From: Utricularia gibba
Lineage: Eukaryota; Plantae; Magnoliophyta
Assembly: GCA_002189035.1 (NCBI GenBank)
Contig: NEEC01000016.1
Location: forward strand, 2,170,001 to 2,234,000
DNA length: 64,000 bases
Direction of reading: 5' to 3'
Below, piece by piece: positions 49,951 to 60,800 of the stretch. Position 1 is the first letter of the stretch. Each line of letters starts with the position of its first letter. The position numbers were made by a program, and so were the translations under genes. The notes below the pieces were generated by a model. The model had not been told where the DNA came from and ran no database searches. It was given only the letters and a program-made list of their open reading frames with translations.

Positions 49951-51806
49951 ATGAGTAGTCGTTTCTCACGTTCTATATACGTTGGGAACCTTCCTGCTGA
50001 TATTCGAGAATCAGAGATTGAGGATTTATTTTATAAGGTTTGTTTTCTTTTCTGTGTAGCATCCGTTTTCCTATAAATGTTTATCATGCACATTTCTTAC
50101 AAATATACTTATGGATAACTTTTCACCAAGTCTTCATTTTACAAATGATTGATGCTACAATGTATTCTGGTGTATCCTTCAGTAAATTTTATCTTGTTAC
50201 AGTATGGTAGAATTGTGGATATTGAACTGAAGGTTCCACCTCGTCCTCCTTGTTACTGTTTTATTGAGGTGATTGCCTTTTCTTTTGACATGGAATGTGG
50301 ATAAGTTTTTTTTTTTTTTTTTTACTGCTATAATGCTGAAATGCCTTTTACTATTATGTAGTTTGAGAATTCTCGAGATGCTGATGATGCAATAAGAGGT
50401 CGAGATGGCTATAACTATGATGGTTGCCGGTTGAGAGTAAGTATTTTTTCCATACAAAACTTTTAAGAGTTTCTGTAAGAATCTCTTGTTACTCATCACA
50501 TTATTCTCTCATTGGTAATTATCTGCTTCTCATCTAGGTTGAGCTTTCGCATGGTGGTAGAGGGTCTTCATCTTCAAATGAGCGTCGTGGTGGTTATGGT
50601 GGTGGAAACAGATTTGGTGTTTCTCGCCATTCTGAATATCGAGGTTTGTAGTGTTTTTATATGAATTCCTACTAATGTGTATGTTTGCACTTCCATTGCA
50701 CCCCAAGATTTCCTCGTTGGCCAATATCACTCATGATTGTTGTTCTTATCCTTTGGTTGGTTGCTCCTCCTTGTACAGTTATTATTCGTGGGCTTCCTTC
50801 TTCTGCTTCCTGGCAAGACTTGAAGGTGGTTAAAGTAGAACTGTGCTTGATGTTGAAGCTTCTCACTCTAGTTATCATATTTTCTTCGTTTCTCCTATGT
50901 TTTCAGGATCATATGCGTAAAGCTGGGGATGTCTGCTTTGCTGAAGTCTATCGTGATGGTGAAGGTATTCTTTGATCGAACCAGACTTTAGACACCTCGT
51001 TCACATTTTTGGATTTTGGCTGTGGACATCGTGTACCCACTTCGTCTTGTTATATGGTATTATAAAATGCAGGAACATATGGCCTTGTTGATTACACTAA
51101 TTATGAAGACATGAAATATGCGGTAAATTTTTACCAACTTTTTTTTCTGGGTAATACAACTGAATTCTGTTCTTTCTGCTAATTCGGTGGCTTTACACGG
51201 TTCTGCATCAGATTCGTAAACTTGATGACACTGAGTTTAGAAACCCATGGACCAGAACGTACATTCGGGTATGGTATTTATTATAGCCATCATTTTTCTG
51301 CCTCTGAAAAGATTTCAGGTGCATTTGCACCTGACTGTACAGCTCCATAACGAGCATGGTGTCTGTTAATTTTTTGGGGATTTGACAGGTGAAGGAACAC
51401 AAAGGAGGAAGTCCATTGAGAAGCGGAAACAGGAGCCTTAGTAGAAGCAGAAGCAGAAGCCCCAGGAAGACAAGGTACGTGCTGCATTTTACGACACTCC
51501 ATATTCGAAACGTTAAGGTATTCACTCATTGTTTGGGCAGCGCATCACGATCAGTCTCAAGATCTCCCGTCAAAGCCTCTAGGTAGTGCTGTGCAGTCAT
51601 TCTTCAGTGAATCAGTTTTTGTGTACTTGAAAAAGAACATGGTGTGCTTTTTAATCATCCAGGTCCAGGTCCAGGTCCAGGTCGAAGTCAAAGTCAAGGT
51701 CCCCGTCTCCTCCCCGGGTACACCCTGCTGGAGGCTTTAGTTTCCTTCTTCCCCAGAAAAGCTAACGGCTGACCCCCCGTCGCAGGCAAATTCCGGCAGC
51801 CCCTGA
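49951..51806 (+). CDS. SR34a: SR splicing factor (SF2/ASF subfamily, SR34a/SR30-like), 249 aa, 12 coding exons: 49951-50037, 50203-50268, 50362-50436, 50538-50643, 50779-50825, 50907-50964, 51073-51122, 51212-51268, 51389-51474, 51541-51582, 51663-51717, 51786-51806
   Basis: [18 protein letters not shown]1, [15 protein letters not shown] pseudo-RRM and an RS tail; exons sum to 750 nt in frame. A 5' UTR intron probably spans about 49091-49950. Confidence 0.92.
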
Positions 51807-52152
51807 TACGGAGTGGATGGATGATTGTGGACGCCTGAAGGTCGCTGCTGCTCTTGCTACATCTTTAGTCCTCCCCCCGAACTTGTGATTTGTTGATGGT
51901 GAAGAGCGGCTGGCTTGCTTGAACTCTTGCTAAATCTCCTGTTGACGCCTTTCAATTTCAGCACTTGGACTTGCGTTTTTCTACTCGCCCATCCCAAAAC
52001 AGCAAATCTTCAACGAGAGGCGACAATGGAGACCGGTGCAAACTAAAAAACAAAAAATCGAGTGCGACGGGGGCTGGGCGTCGTCAGTTTCCAAAATAGC
52101 TGGCTGGGGTCCGGCCCGGATATCAGGGGGCCGGCCCCATGGACACAAAAAC

Positions 52153-52160
52153 TAGGGTTT
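52153..52160 (-). promoter_or_regulatory. Telo-box (AAACCCTA) with nearby site II-like GGCCC motifs upstream of RPL9
   Basis: TAGGGTTT lies 85 nt before the ATG, with a GGCCC/GGGCC cluster at about 52070-52140. This pairing is typical of plant ribosomal protein promoters. Confidence 0.7.
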
Positions 52161-52244
52161 CTGTATACTGGCGTCTTCATTTCATATACAATCCTTCGGT
52201 GGTTCAGTCGCCAACTTCGGCCCGCCGGAGAAATTAGGGGAAAC

Positions 52245-53007
52245 ATGAAGACGATTTTGTCATCCGACACGATGGATATACCAGAGGGCGTGAAGATCAA
52301 GGTGAAGGCCAAGGTGATCGAGGTTGAAGGACCAAGGGGAAAGCTTACGCGCGATTTCAAACATCTGAACCTGGATTTTCAATTGACCACCGACGAGGAG
52401 ACGGGGAAGAAGAAGCTCAAGGTGGACGCCTGGTTCGGAAGCCGGAAAACCACTGCCGCCATTCGCACCGCTCTCAGCCATGTTTCCAATCTCATCAAAG
52501 GTGTGACACAGGGTTACCGCTACAAGATGCGATTCGTGTATGCCCATTTCCCCATCAACGCCTCCATCACGAATAACGGCAAGGCTATTGAGATCCGCAA
52601 CTTCCTTGGAGAGAAACGGGTATCCACGGCAATTCCTCTTTCTGTCGGTCTCCCTAGTGCTCGGCTCGCTTCACTCTATTTTTGGCGTATCAGGTGAGAA
52701 AGGTTGATATGCTTGACGGGGTCACTGTGGTTCGATCCGAGAAGGTGAAGGATGAGCTGATGTTGGACGGGAACGACATTGAACTCGTCTCCCGATCTTG
52801 CGCTTTGATAAACCAGGCAAGAGATCACCACCACTACTGCGTTTATCCACCGAAATGAAAAAAAAAGGGGGGCATGCCTGTCATTTATGCCTTGTTTGCT
52901 TTGTGCGTTGCTTTGGACAGAAATGCCATGTGAAGAACAAGGACATCCGGAAGTTCCTGGACGGCATCTATGTCAGCGAGAAGGGTGTCATTGCTGAGGA
53001 AGAATGA
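52245..53007 (+). CDS. RPL9: 60S ribosomal protein L9 (uL6), 194 aa; exons 52245-52619, 52694-52816, 52921-53007
   Basis: [16 protein letters not shown]...[13 protein letters not shown]...[13 protein letters not shown]...[16 protein letters not shown]; 585 nt in frame. Intron 2 is GC-AG. Confidence 0.97.
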
Positions 53008-53542
53008 CCCAGCGAGTGCCTGATTGCCCCTCATTTGTTTCTCTTTGCTTCTGTTATCAACCATAACGTTCGCAGAGCCTACCCCTATCTCTGTACTGCG
53101 TATGAATGGTGGATCTTGCTTGCTAATGATTCGGCCTTTAAGCCCCAACTCAATGCAGAAATGCGGAGATCGCAATCAACCAGTTAAGGAAAGTACGAAT
53201 TAGCATTGGGGGAATCGGGATGCAAGATTGCAGTCAGTCAGTGGCCACGTTCGCAGGGCCCTGATTTCCCCACGCTGGGCGCCGGCGCCGGCGCATCGAC
53301 CGTCAGGGTTCGGAGCAAATCAAATCGAGCCCGCTGCTGGGGGCGTGAATCCTTTTGTGCCAAATGACCATCCTGCCCTCGTCGGAGTTGCTCAACTGCC
53401 TGAGCATGTGGACGCCCGGCGTTCAAAAACATGATACCAGAAAGCGTAGTCATCCACTAAGAAACCACATTGTGAGTCTCCATTCGACTGTTGAAGAGTA
53501 TTCGGGATCATGCGCAAGACCAAGAAGATGCAGTCCGGGGGC

Positions 53543-56500
53543 CTACGCCACCACAAAGGCACCGGAGGAACCAGTGAAATGCTTGATGGAGCCCAAGAGA
53601 CTCTTCGCAGCACCAAAATGCCGTATTCTGTATACACCAGAGGCGGCATTTCCCGGAATTATCCACTGAATGGTGGCGTGGCTATGGGTACTGAGTTTGA
53701 AGGGCCTCGACCACAGGAAGCGGAGGGAGAAATCATCGTCGTCATAAGCAGGCGTCCAGGATTTTTTGGCATCAAGAATCTCCACCAGCGCGAAAGTACC
53801 TTCAGTCATGGGGTCGTTTCTGGGGCATGCGGACCAGAAGACTACGGTGACGTTGTCACCCCTCCCGAAGGTGGAGTTGTTGGGCACGTCCAGTTTGATG
53901 TCTCCGAACTTGACACCCGCCGGTGTTGCATCCACGACCACGGGGGGAGCATGCTTATTTGCTTGCTCAGGAGATTGGGGGCTCTGGACCGGATTCCACC
54001 GGCTCCCCATTCACAAGCGCTGCCGCGAGCCTCTTGAACTCCTGAATGTAGCCGCTGAGAGTGTGTGGCCCGTAGAGTGTTGACGCCCCCTGATGAAATG
54101 GGTAAAAAATCAACAAAACCATCCGCCTGCCAACAGCGCATGAAACCAACCTCGTATCGCTGTATCTGGTATTCTTCAAATGTGGTCACGTACTGCGAAT
54201 ACTCATTTGTGAGGCCGGCTACCACCACATGGACATCACCGCCTCCTGCTACGACACTTGATACAGCGTCTCGGAGTCGTCTTCCCGCCATTGTGGTGAA
54301 CTCTGTTTGGACAAGACAGACAGACAGATGAGGGGAGGGCGTCCAGGTTTAACACATTTACACTCGGTTGAGAGCGTGGGCACCTCCAGGAACCGAAAGG
54401 ATGATCAGCTTCCCGATCCTCAGAATTTGTACTGGAAGTACGGAAGGCTGCCAAAGACGAAGCAAACATCACAACACAGCACAGCATATCACACTAACAT
54501 ACAAAAGACAACAAACACAAATGGGATAACAACTAACCGCCCAGTCATACGGATACTTCATTTCCCCTGTATCAAGCAGAATAGGCTTCGGGTGATGACA
54601 ATCCTTTTGTTGTTTGCCTGGAGTTTTGAGAAAATCCCGGACAAGTTTCCAAAATGCATTTCCCTGGAGATGCAAGTAGAAGAAATTTCGGCAAGATGTG
54701 CTTTTATACTTACAGGTTTCTTGATCCATCCAACTGTCATTCATACCTTATCATCACCTTGCTTGAAGTCGAAAGCCCCCGGCCCATCAGTTGTACCTGC
54801 CGCAAATGCAAATCCCATTGCTGCAGGACATGTTTTCACAACCTCTGTACGCCCATCATCTCTCTGGATTGTCACACTGAGGTTCGAAAAATCAACATAC
54901 ATATGGCGATAATCCACTTTTCCATTCAACTTCTCCGATGCTCCATTGAAAAGTTCTACCGCTTTCTTGAACTGTCTCTCTCCAATGATTTTTGTGTTCT
55001 CGAATTCGTCAGCCCTGCCATGAAGAGAAATGCAGTCAACTCCAAACACCATGCCCTGTAAACAAAAAACAGAAACAGAAATCAGAAAGTAAGCTAACCC
55101 AGGTCCTCTGCCGTAGCACAGCTCATTCACTCCACCACAGGTGCTATGATTGAAATCACAAGGTAAGCCTGTATCAATGCAGAAGGCTCCCAGCACATTC
55201 GGACTGACATCACCGCAGTTGGATTGACAAAATGCAGACACAAATTTAGGCCTGTCTGCCAGTCTGAGATCATTCCTCACACGTCTTGCCAGACTTGACA
55301 GCCTTGTAGTTGACTTCCCAGCTAGTGACCCGAAGCCAGCAGCAAGTTCTAGCAATTCATGATCTGCAATTATGAATCCAAAAATAACTGAACCGTTAGG
55401 ATGGTAAAAAGTCAATTCAATCCGAGGACGAAAGACTCCCACTTAAGTGAAAAGAACCGAAATAAATGTGTACGCTGGTTTCTAGTGTCTGGAATGATGT
55501 TTGAGATTCTTCTGGGAAGCATTCCAGTGTAGTTTGTCTCATGAGATAGGACTCCATGGCTGCTCACATCGAACCAATCCTCCATGAAGCGGGCTGCAGC
55601 TCCTTTATTATCTCCACTTATCAAGGAATTTGTACGGCTCATAGAAGTACCATGGGTTGCAAACCAATTAAAGCTGCCCACTGAACCCCATTCGTCATCA
55701 ACAAATTTCAGAAGTGTCATCTCCTTATCAACATCATATTGATATTTCTTCCGTTCACTAGCTGGATTATTGAGATAAGCACTAGGACTACGGCTAATTC
55801 CAGCATCAAAAAGATCCCCTGTCATTTGTAAATTAAAAAATCAAAACTTGTGTCTGCCTAAAGAAATCCAGCAAACAATAAGGACGTCAATCACTGCACA
55901 AAGAGCAACATCATTTCCAAATAGAACAGTACCAAGATCGAAGAGAGGTAACTGATAAAAAAAAAAAAAAAAAAATCAAAACAAGGATGGAAGAGTGCTT
56001 GTTTACCTTTATTCACATATATCGATCCAGGGCGAAGGTTAGCATGAGCTTGTATGATACTCTGCTCAATACCATCAACAAGGACATCAAAGGATTGGTG
56101 TACAAAACCAAGTGAAGTTACCAAGTACACAATATACTGAAGATAGCCACCAGGACCAGCATGTGTATGAGTGCCGCTAATGGCCACATTGTCTCTGGTG
56201 TACACATCTCCATACCTACGGGGAATTGCAGCAACTGCTGTGAGTACCAACAATTTAAAAAAGGATTCATTTCCACAGTTCCAGTGATATCCTTTGCATC
56301 ATCAACATACATTTAAGATGAATAAAAAACAACTCGGATGTTAACAAATATGACTCAAACATGCTACGCTACTTCAGAGTAAACAATCACCTGGACTTCA
56401 ATCTTTCAATGACTTTTAATTTAACCGGATGCGACGCCATACAAGCATCAAGATTTACAAACACAACCCGGTTGCCGTTGGGCTCTGCAACAATGAATGT

Positions 56501-56704
56501 CCGAGCACGCAATCGCAAGTGGATGCCAGATGCTGTTTGTTCCATGTTAGCATATCCCATCATATTCACATCGGCTGCTGGGCCAGTTATGTCATAGCTT
56601 CCAACCCCAATTAGATAGCTGGAAGATGATACAACCTTCCCAAGGGTCGCCAGGAAACATATAAATACAAGTGCTGGTGCAATCAAGAGCATTGATCTTC
56701 CCAT
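53543..56704 (-). CDS. NCER: Neutral/alkaline non-lysosomal ceramidase; exons 56391-56704, 56007-56215, 55474-55818, 55099-55363, 54747-55014, 54538-54663, 54384-54447, 54151-54302, 53543-54089; two apparent 1-bp deletions in the last exon
   Basis: Signal peptide, YLIGVGSYDITGPAADVNMMGYA, SGTHTHAGPGGYLQY, WFATHGTSMSRTN.LISGDNKG, NCGDVSPN, FAAGTTDGPGAFDF and YEGASTLYGPHTL. Confidence 0.95.
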
Positions 56705-57699
56705 GATTCTTTCACTCCACTGGCTGACTCAATCCTCCTTTCTGGTGGTAAAGTAGACAAGAGTCAATGCTTAAGTAAGAAGAGCCATCAACGGTGGAAA
56801 GTTCAAGGAAACGCCAGATAAAGATGAACAAATTTAGGGTAACAAATTGCATCGACTAGGAAAAGGAAAGAAGTTCTATGTTTTCCCACAGAACGCATCA
56901 GGATCTTCCAGTAAGAAAACGAAGTCTAATCCAGAGAAGGGGAGGAGGCAATTTATTCAGGTGGCGAGGCAACACCCCGCGATCAGGCTGCCCACCACAC
57001 GGGAAGGATTCAGCCCAGAATTAGGACGCCAAAGTCATAGAAAAATCACTGATAAGGGCAGAAAGAAGCTACCTTACATCAGAGAAAACAGCAATAACCA
57101 GCGTAGAACTCAGAAGCGAACCCTCTGAATCTTCAAGCGTCAACTACTTTCCCCAAAAATCATCCTTTCTGAAGTCTTCCTTCAAGCACCCGCCATCTTT
57201 TTATGGATTTATTTATATTTAAAAATCTCGTGAAAAAGCAAACCTTTGATTGAAATAACAAGTGATCGTGATCATACCACACTACTCAGTTCTGACTTCT
57301 ACTGTCATCAAGAGCTGAGCGTCAGCCCGAGATGAACATGGGTTTGGAGTAGAAAAAGCCAAAGCTTTATCAGACTGGGCTTTACAATTATGCCAATGGA
57401 TCACCTTCACTGGCACGATTTGTCGAGACTCATTCCTGTCGTATGCTGGTAGCCGGTAGGCCATCTTTTGGATTTGGTTGTGATAGACAAGCATTTTCTT
57501 TCTGGGAGTTCGAGCTTCACTGTTTTGGCGATTTGGGCATTTCTGGGAGTGGGAATGATTCGTTATGCACGAGGACAGCGGCCCAAAGAGGATGCATTTT
57601 TCTGGTGGTGAGGGTCGAGAAATAAGCCCATCTTGGTCACTGGAATTCCTATCACACTAAATACTGACGTGGGAAAGCAAGCAGTTTGGCCTCAGCAAA

Positions 57700-59780
57700 A
57701 TGGCTGCCATCACACTGAATGTTGCTGTGACGATCCATTCGCGCGAAACAGCGACTTATGCACCCCTGCATTACGGAAAACCTCGTCAAGGCGCAATTAA
57801 TCTCGGGAGAAGTTTGCGTTCAGTTCGTAAATTTCGTCCGAGTGGGATCAGATCAGAATTGAAAAGGTTTGATGTTGTCATAGCAGGAGCAGGCATCATT
57901 GGGCTGACTATCGCTCGACAGTTTCTGCTCGGCTCCAATCTTTCCGTCGCCGTCGTGGACGCTGCAGTTCCCTGTGCCGGAGCCACGGGTGCAGGTTGAG
58001 AAACATCCCTTCTTTTATGCATAGCACGATCTATCTGCTTCATCTATTCACTTCAAGCCCCGTTTGATTGCTAATTTTTAGGGCAGGGTTACATTTGGCG
58101 GGTTCACAAGAGCCCCGAAAACGAAAAATGGGAGCTGTCTTTAAGAAGCCATCAGCTGTGGGAGGATCTGGCTGAGAGGGTTCAAGATCAAGGCTTCGAT
58201 CCGTTACAGACTCTTGGATGGATGAAGACAGGTGATGAGCACCATATTTGCATTCTAGAGTCGTCCAGTATGTTGCTTCGGTGCCGGGAGCAGTGAACTA
58301 ATACTGACTGGTACTCGTTTATCTGTATCGTCAGGCAGCATGTTGGTGGGAAGTACTGCTGAAGAATGCTCAGTTTTGAAGGGGAAGGTACAGAAACTAG
58401 TAGCTGCTGGCTTGGATGCAAGGTTCTTGTCACATTATGATCTGCTGCTAGAAGAGCCTGCGCTTAAGATCGATGAGCAAGGAGGTGCAGCTTTTGTGGC
58501 CGATGACTATCAGATAGATGCAAAACGTGCTGTTGCATTTATTGAGAAGGTTTCTGATTCTTCTGCCTCCTCCCAGTTATTGAGAAAGTTTCTTGCTGTT
58601 GTTCTTTACATCATATTACTTCGGGGCAGGAAAACAGGAGCTTTGCTTCGGGAGGGAGATATGCTGAGTTTTATCATGATCCAGTGATCAAATTACTCAG
58701 GTCACACTTCCAACATATACGCTGAAGCAACTGAGTCATATAATTTATTTAACTCCATGGCCCTTCCTAATGTGGTGCTTGTGCTTAGATCTGAGAGAAC
58801 CGGTGAAGTTGAAGGGGTGCAAACCTGTAACAACACATTGTTGTGTGGTAAAGCTGTTGTGATTGCAACCGGGAGTTGGAGTGGCACGTTGGTGCATGAC
58901 CTTGTAAGCAACTTTGGGATTGAGGTAGATCTACCGGTTAAGCCTCGAAAGGTAAGAATTGTCCCAACCGTGTCTTGAACTTGTGGTGAAAAGGAAAGTT
59001 GGGTAGGCTTGGTTTGTGTGCGGCAGGGCATCTGCTTATTGTGGAGAACTTCAGCTCATTTAAGCTAAACCATGGCCTTATGGAGCTTGGATATGTGAAT
59101 CATGAATCCGCTGTGTTGGGACACGCCACGGAGGAGTCTACATTGGATGCAGGCGCTGCATCTGTTTCAATGACGGCTACCATGGATTCCACTGGAAGAG
59201 TTGTTTTTGGTAGGCAAGACTTGCAGTTGCACCATGCGAGCAATATATTCATTCATATTCCTTGCGGTTTCAGGAAGCAGCCGCCAACTTGTTGGTTTCG
59301 GCACACACATCGAGGAAGATATCTTGCACAGGATATGGCAGCGGGCTGCGGAGTTCTTTCCTGCAATGAAGGGACTGTGTTTGAGAGACTTGATGGCAAC
59401 CGGAGAAGTGAGAGTGGGGCTCAGACCTTACAGTAAGTTGGCAAATTCAGGCCGAGAGGGGTGAGCATCTGCATGGCATACTCATCCGATTTCTCTCGTA
59501 TGTATGTTGCAGTGCCGAGTGGGAAGCCAGTAATTTCATGGGTGCCCGGGCTACCCAAGATGCTGATCGCGGCTGGACATGAAGGGGAAGGCCTCTCCAT
59601 GGTCAGATGCTGCCTCTCCTCTCCTCTCCTTTCTTTCTTTGAAATCATGAACCTCATAGTTCGTGGTGTGGTAATCAGGCGCTGGGCACCGCGGAGTTGG
59701 TGTTCAACATGATCCTGGAGAATCCCCAGAAGGTGAACCCTGCGCCCTTTTCACTGACCCTGAATCCCATTCACCTTTAG
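57700..59780 (+). CDS. FAD-dependent oxidoreductase (DAO/glycine-oxidase-like, At5g48440-like) with a probable transit peptide; exons 57700-57994, 58082-58231, 58335-58549, 58630-58700, 58789-58951, 59027-59209, 59274-59432, 59513-59601, 59679-59780; apparent 1-bp deletion at 59026-59028
   Basis: FDVVIAGAGIIGLTIA Rossmann motif, GATGAGQGYIW, VKPRKGHLL, GLRPY and AAGHEGEGLSMALGTAE. Confidence 0.92.
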
Positions 59781-60149
59781 AAGGTGAGCGCTTTGCTTTT
59801 CATTGTTTTATCATCGTTTAGCCGGCCGGCCATTCATTGTTGATCTCATCACAGGCATATGGATGGATGGATTATATTAGATAGTTTCCAGCATGCCCCA
59901 AAAAAAATAAAAAATAAAACAAATATGTGCTTGGAATTGACACCTGGAACTCAAACCCACCGAAAGCATCTACCGATACCTGCTTCGTGTTTTATGCCAT
60001 GCTGCGAATTTTAGGATTCAAAAGTATTTATGCCAACAATATTCACAAATCCAACAACAACCAAATAGTATTTTCCTACATCAGCAATAAATTAGAAATC
60101 ATGATAACAAAAATAAAATAAAATAGAAGCCAAATTTAATAAAATGTTT

Positions 60150-60800
60150 GTATGTATTATGAATAAAATTAGACATAAGTCTTGAGGTGGTTTTGGAAAA
60201 TTGCCTTCATCATTTCACAAGTATTGTCATTTGTAATACATCATGACCTATAGTGACAAAAGTGAAACATATATTGAATTCACAACACTATTAAAATATT
60301 TTAAGTACAGATGCCCTTTTGATTACTGTAATGAAATCTTTCTTCTATGGCTACATATACTTTTATATGATTGTCATCAATAGCTCCAATGCATCTTCTG
60401 AAATATGGATAATATTGAGTTTTGTTTCTAATATAAGACATATCTGTGTATAATCATGTATAGGCATAACCCAAACTTTTGCCAAAAACCAACAAGCTTT
60501 TATGACATTATATAGTGCAATGTTAATAGTGGCTCATCCTCATCAAATAAACTCTTGTAAAGTTTGGTTGCTCATACGAGTTCCAATAATCTTCAAAAAA
60601 TGCCAACTTCTTCCTCAAAATCAATATAAAGCCCCTTGTTTAACCCAACTTCATCAAATTAGATGTAAAATCTGAGCATTAATGGTTTAACATGTAAGTT
60701 TTGGTATACTTCAATATTTACACCATTTAACATTGACAATATTAATGCCCAACTAAAAACTGCACGACTATGCATTGGCTGTATTACCCAAATAATGATT
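60150..60800 (-). mobile_element. Degenerate PIF/Harbinger transposase (DDE_Tnp_4/ALP1-like type)
   Basis: Minus strand reads EEEVGIFLKIIG...NQTLQE.F...TI...YNVIKA and YPYFRRCIGAIDDNHIKV...QKG.CT.NIL (canonical YFKDCIGAIDGTHI). Confidence 0.75.

Noticed and set aside
52062-52244. 61-aa N-terminal extension of RPL9
   Set aside because: It begins at a non-ATG codon, spans promoter elements (telo-box, site II), and L9 conventionally starts MKTILS.
53510-54912. Long plus-strand ORFs over the ceramidase (and similar antisense ORFs over RLK, CRK and RPL9)
   Set aside because: Shadow ORFs caused by GC-rich codon usage on the coding strand; no recognisable domains.
58952-58998. 47-nt intron that would repair the FAD oxidoreductase frame
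   Set aside because: Too short, has a purine-rich 3' end, and adds nine residues inside the conserved KPRKGHL motif.
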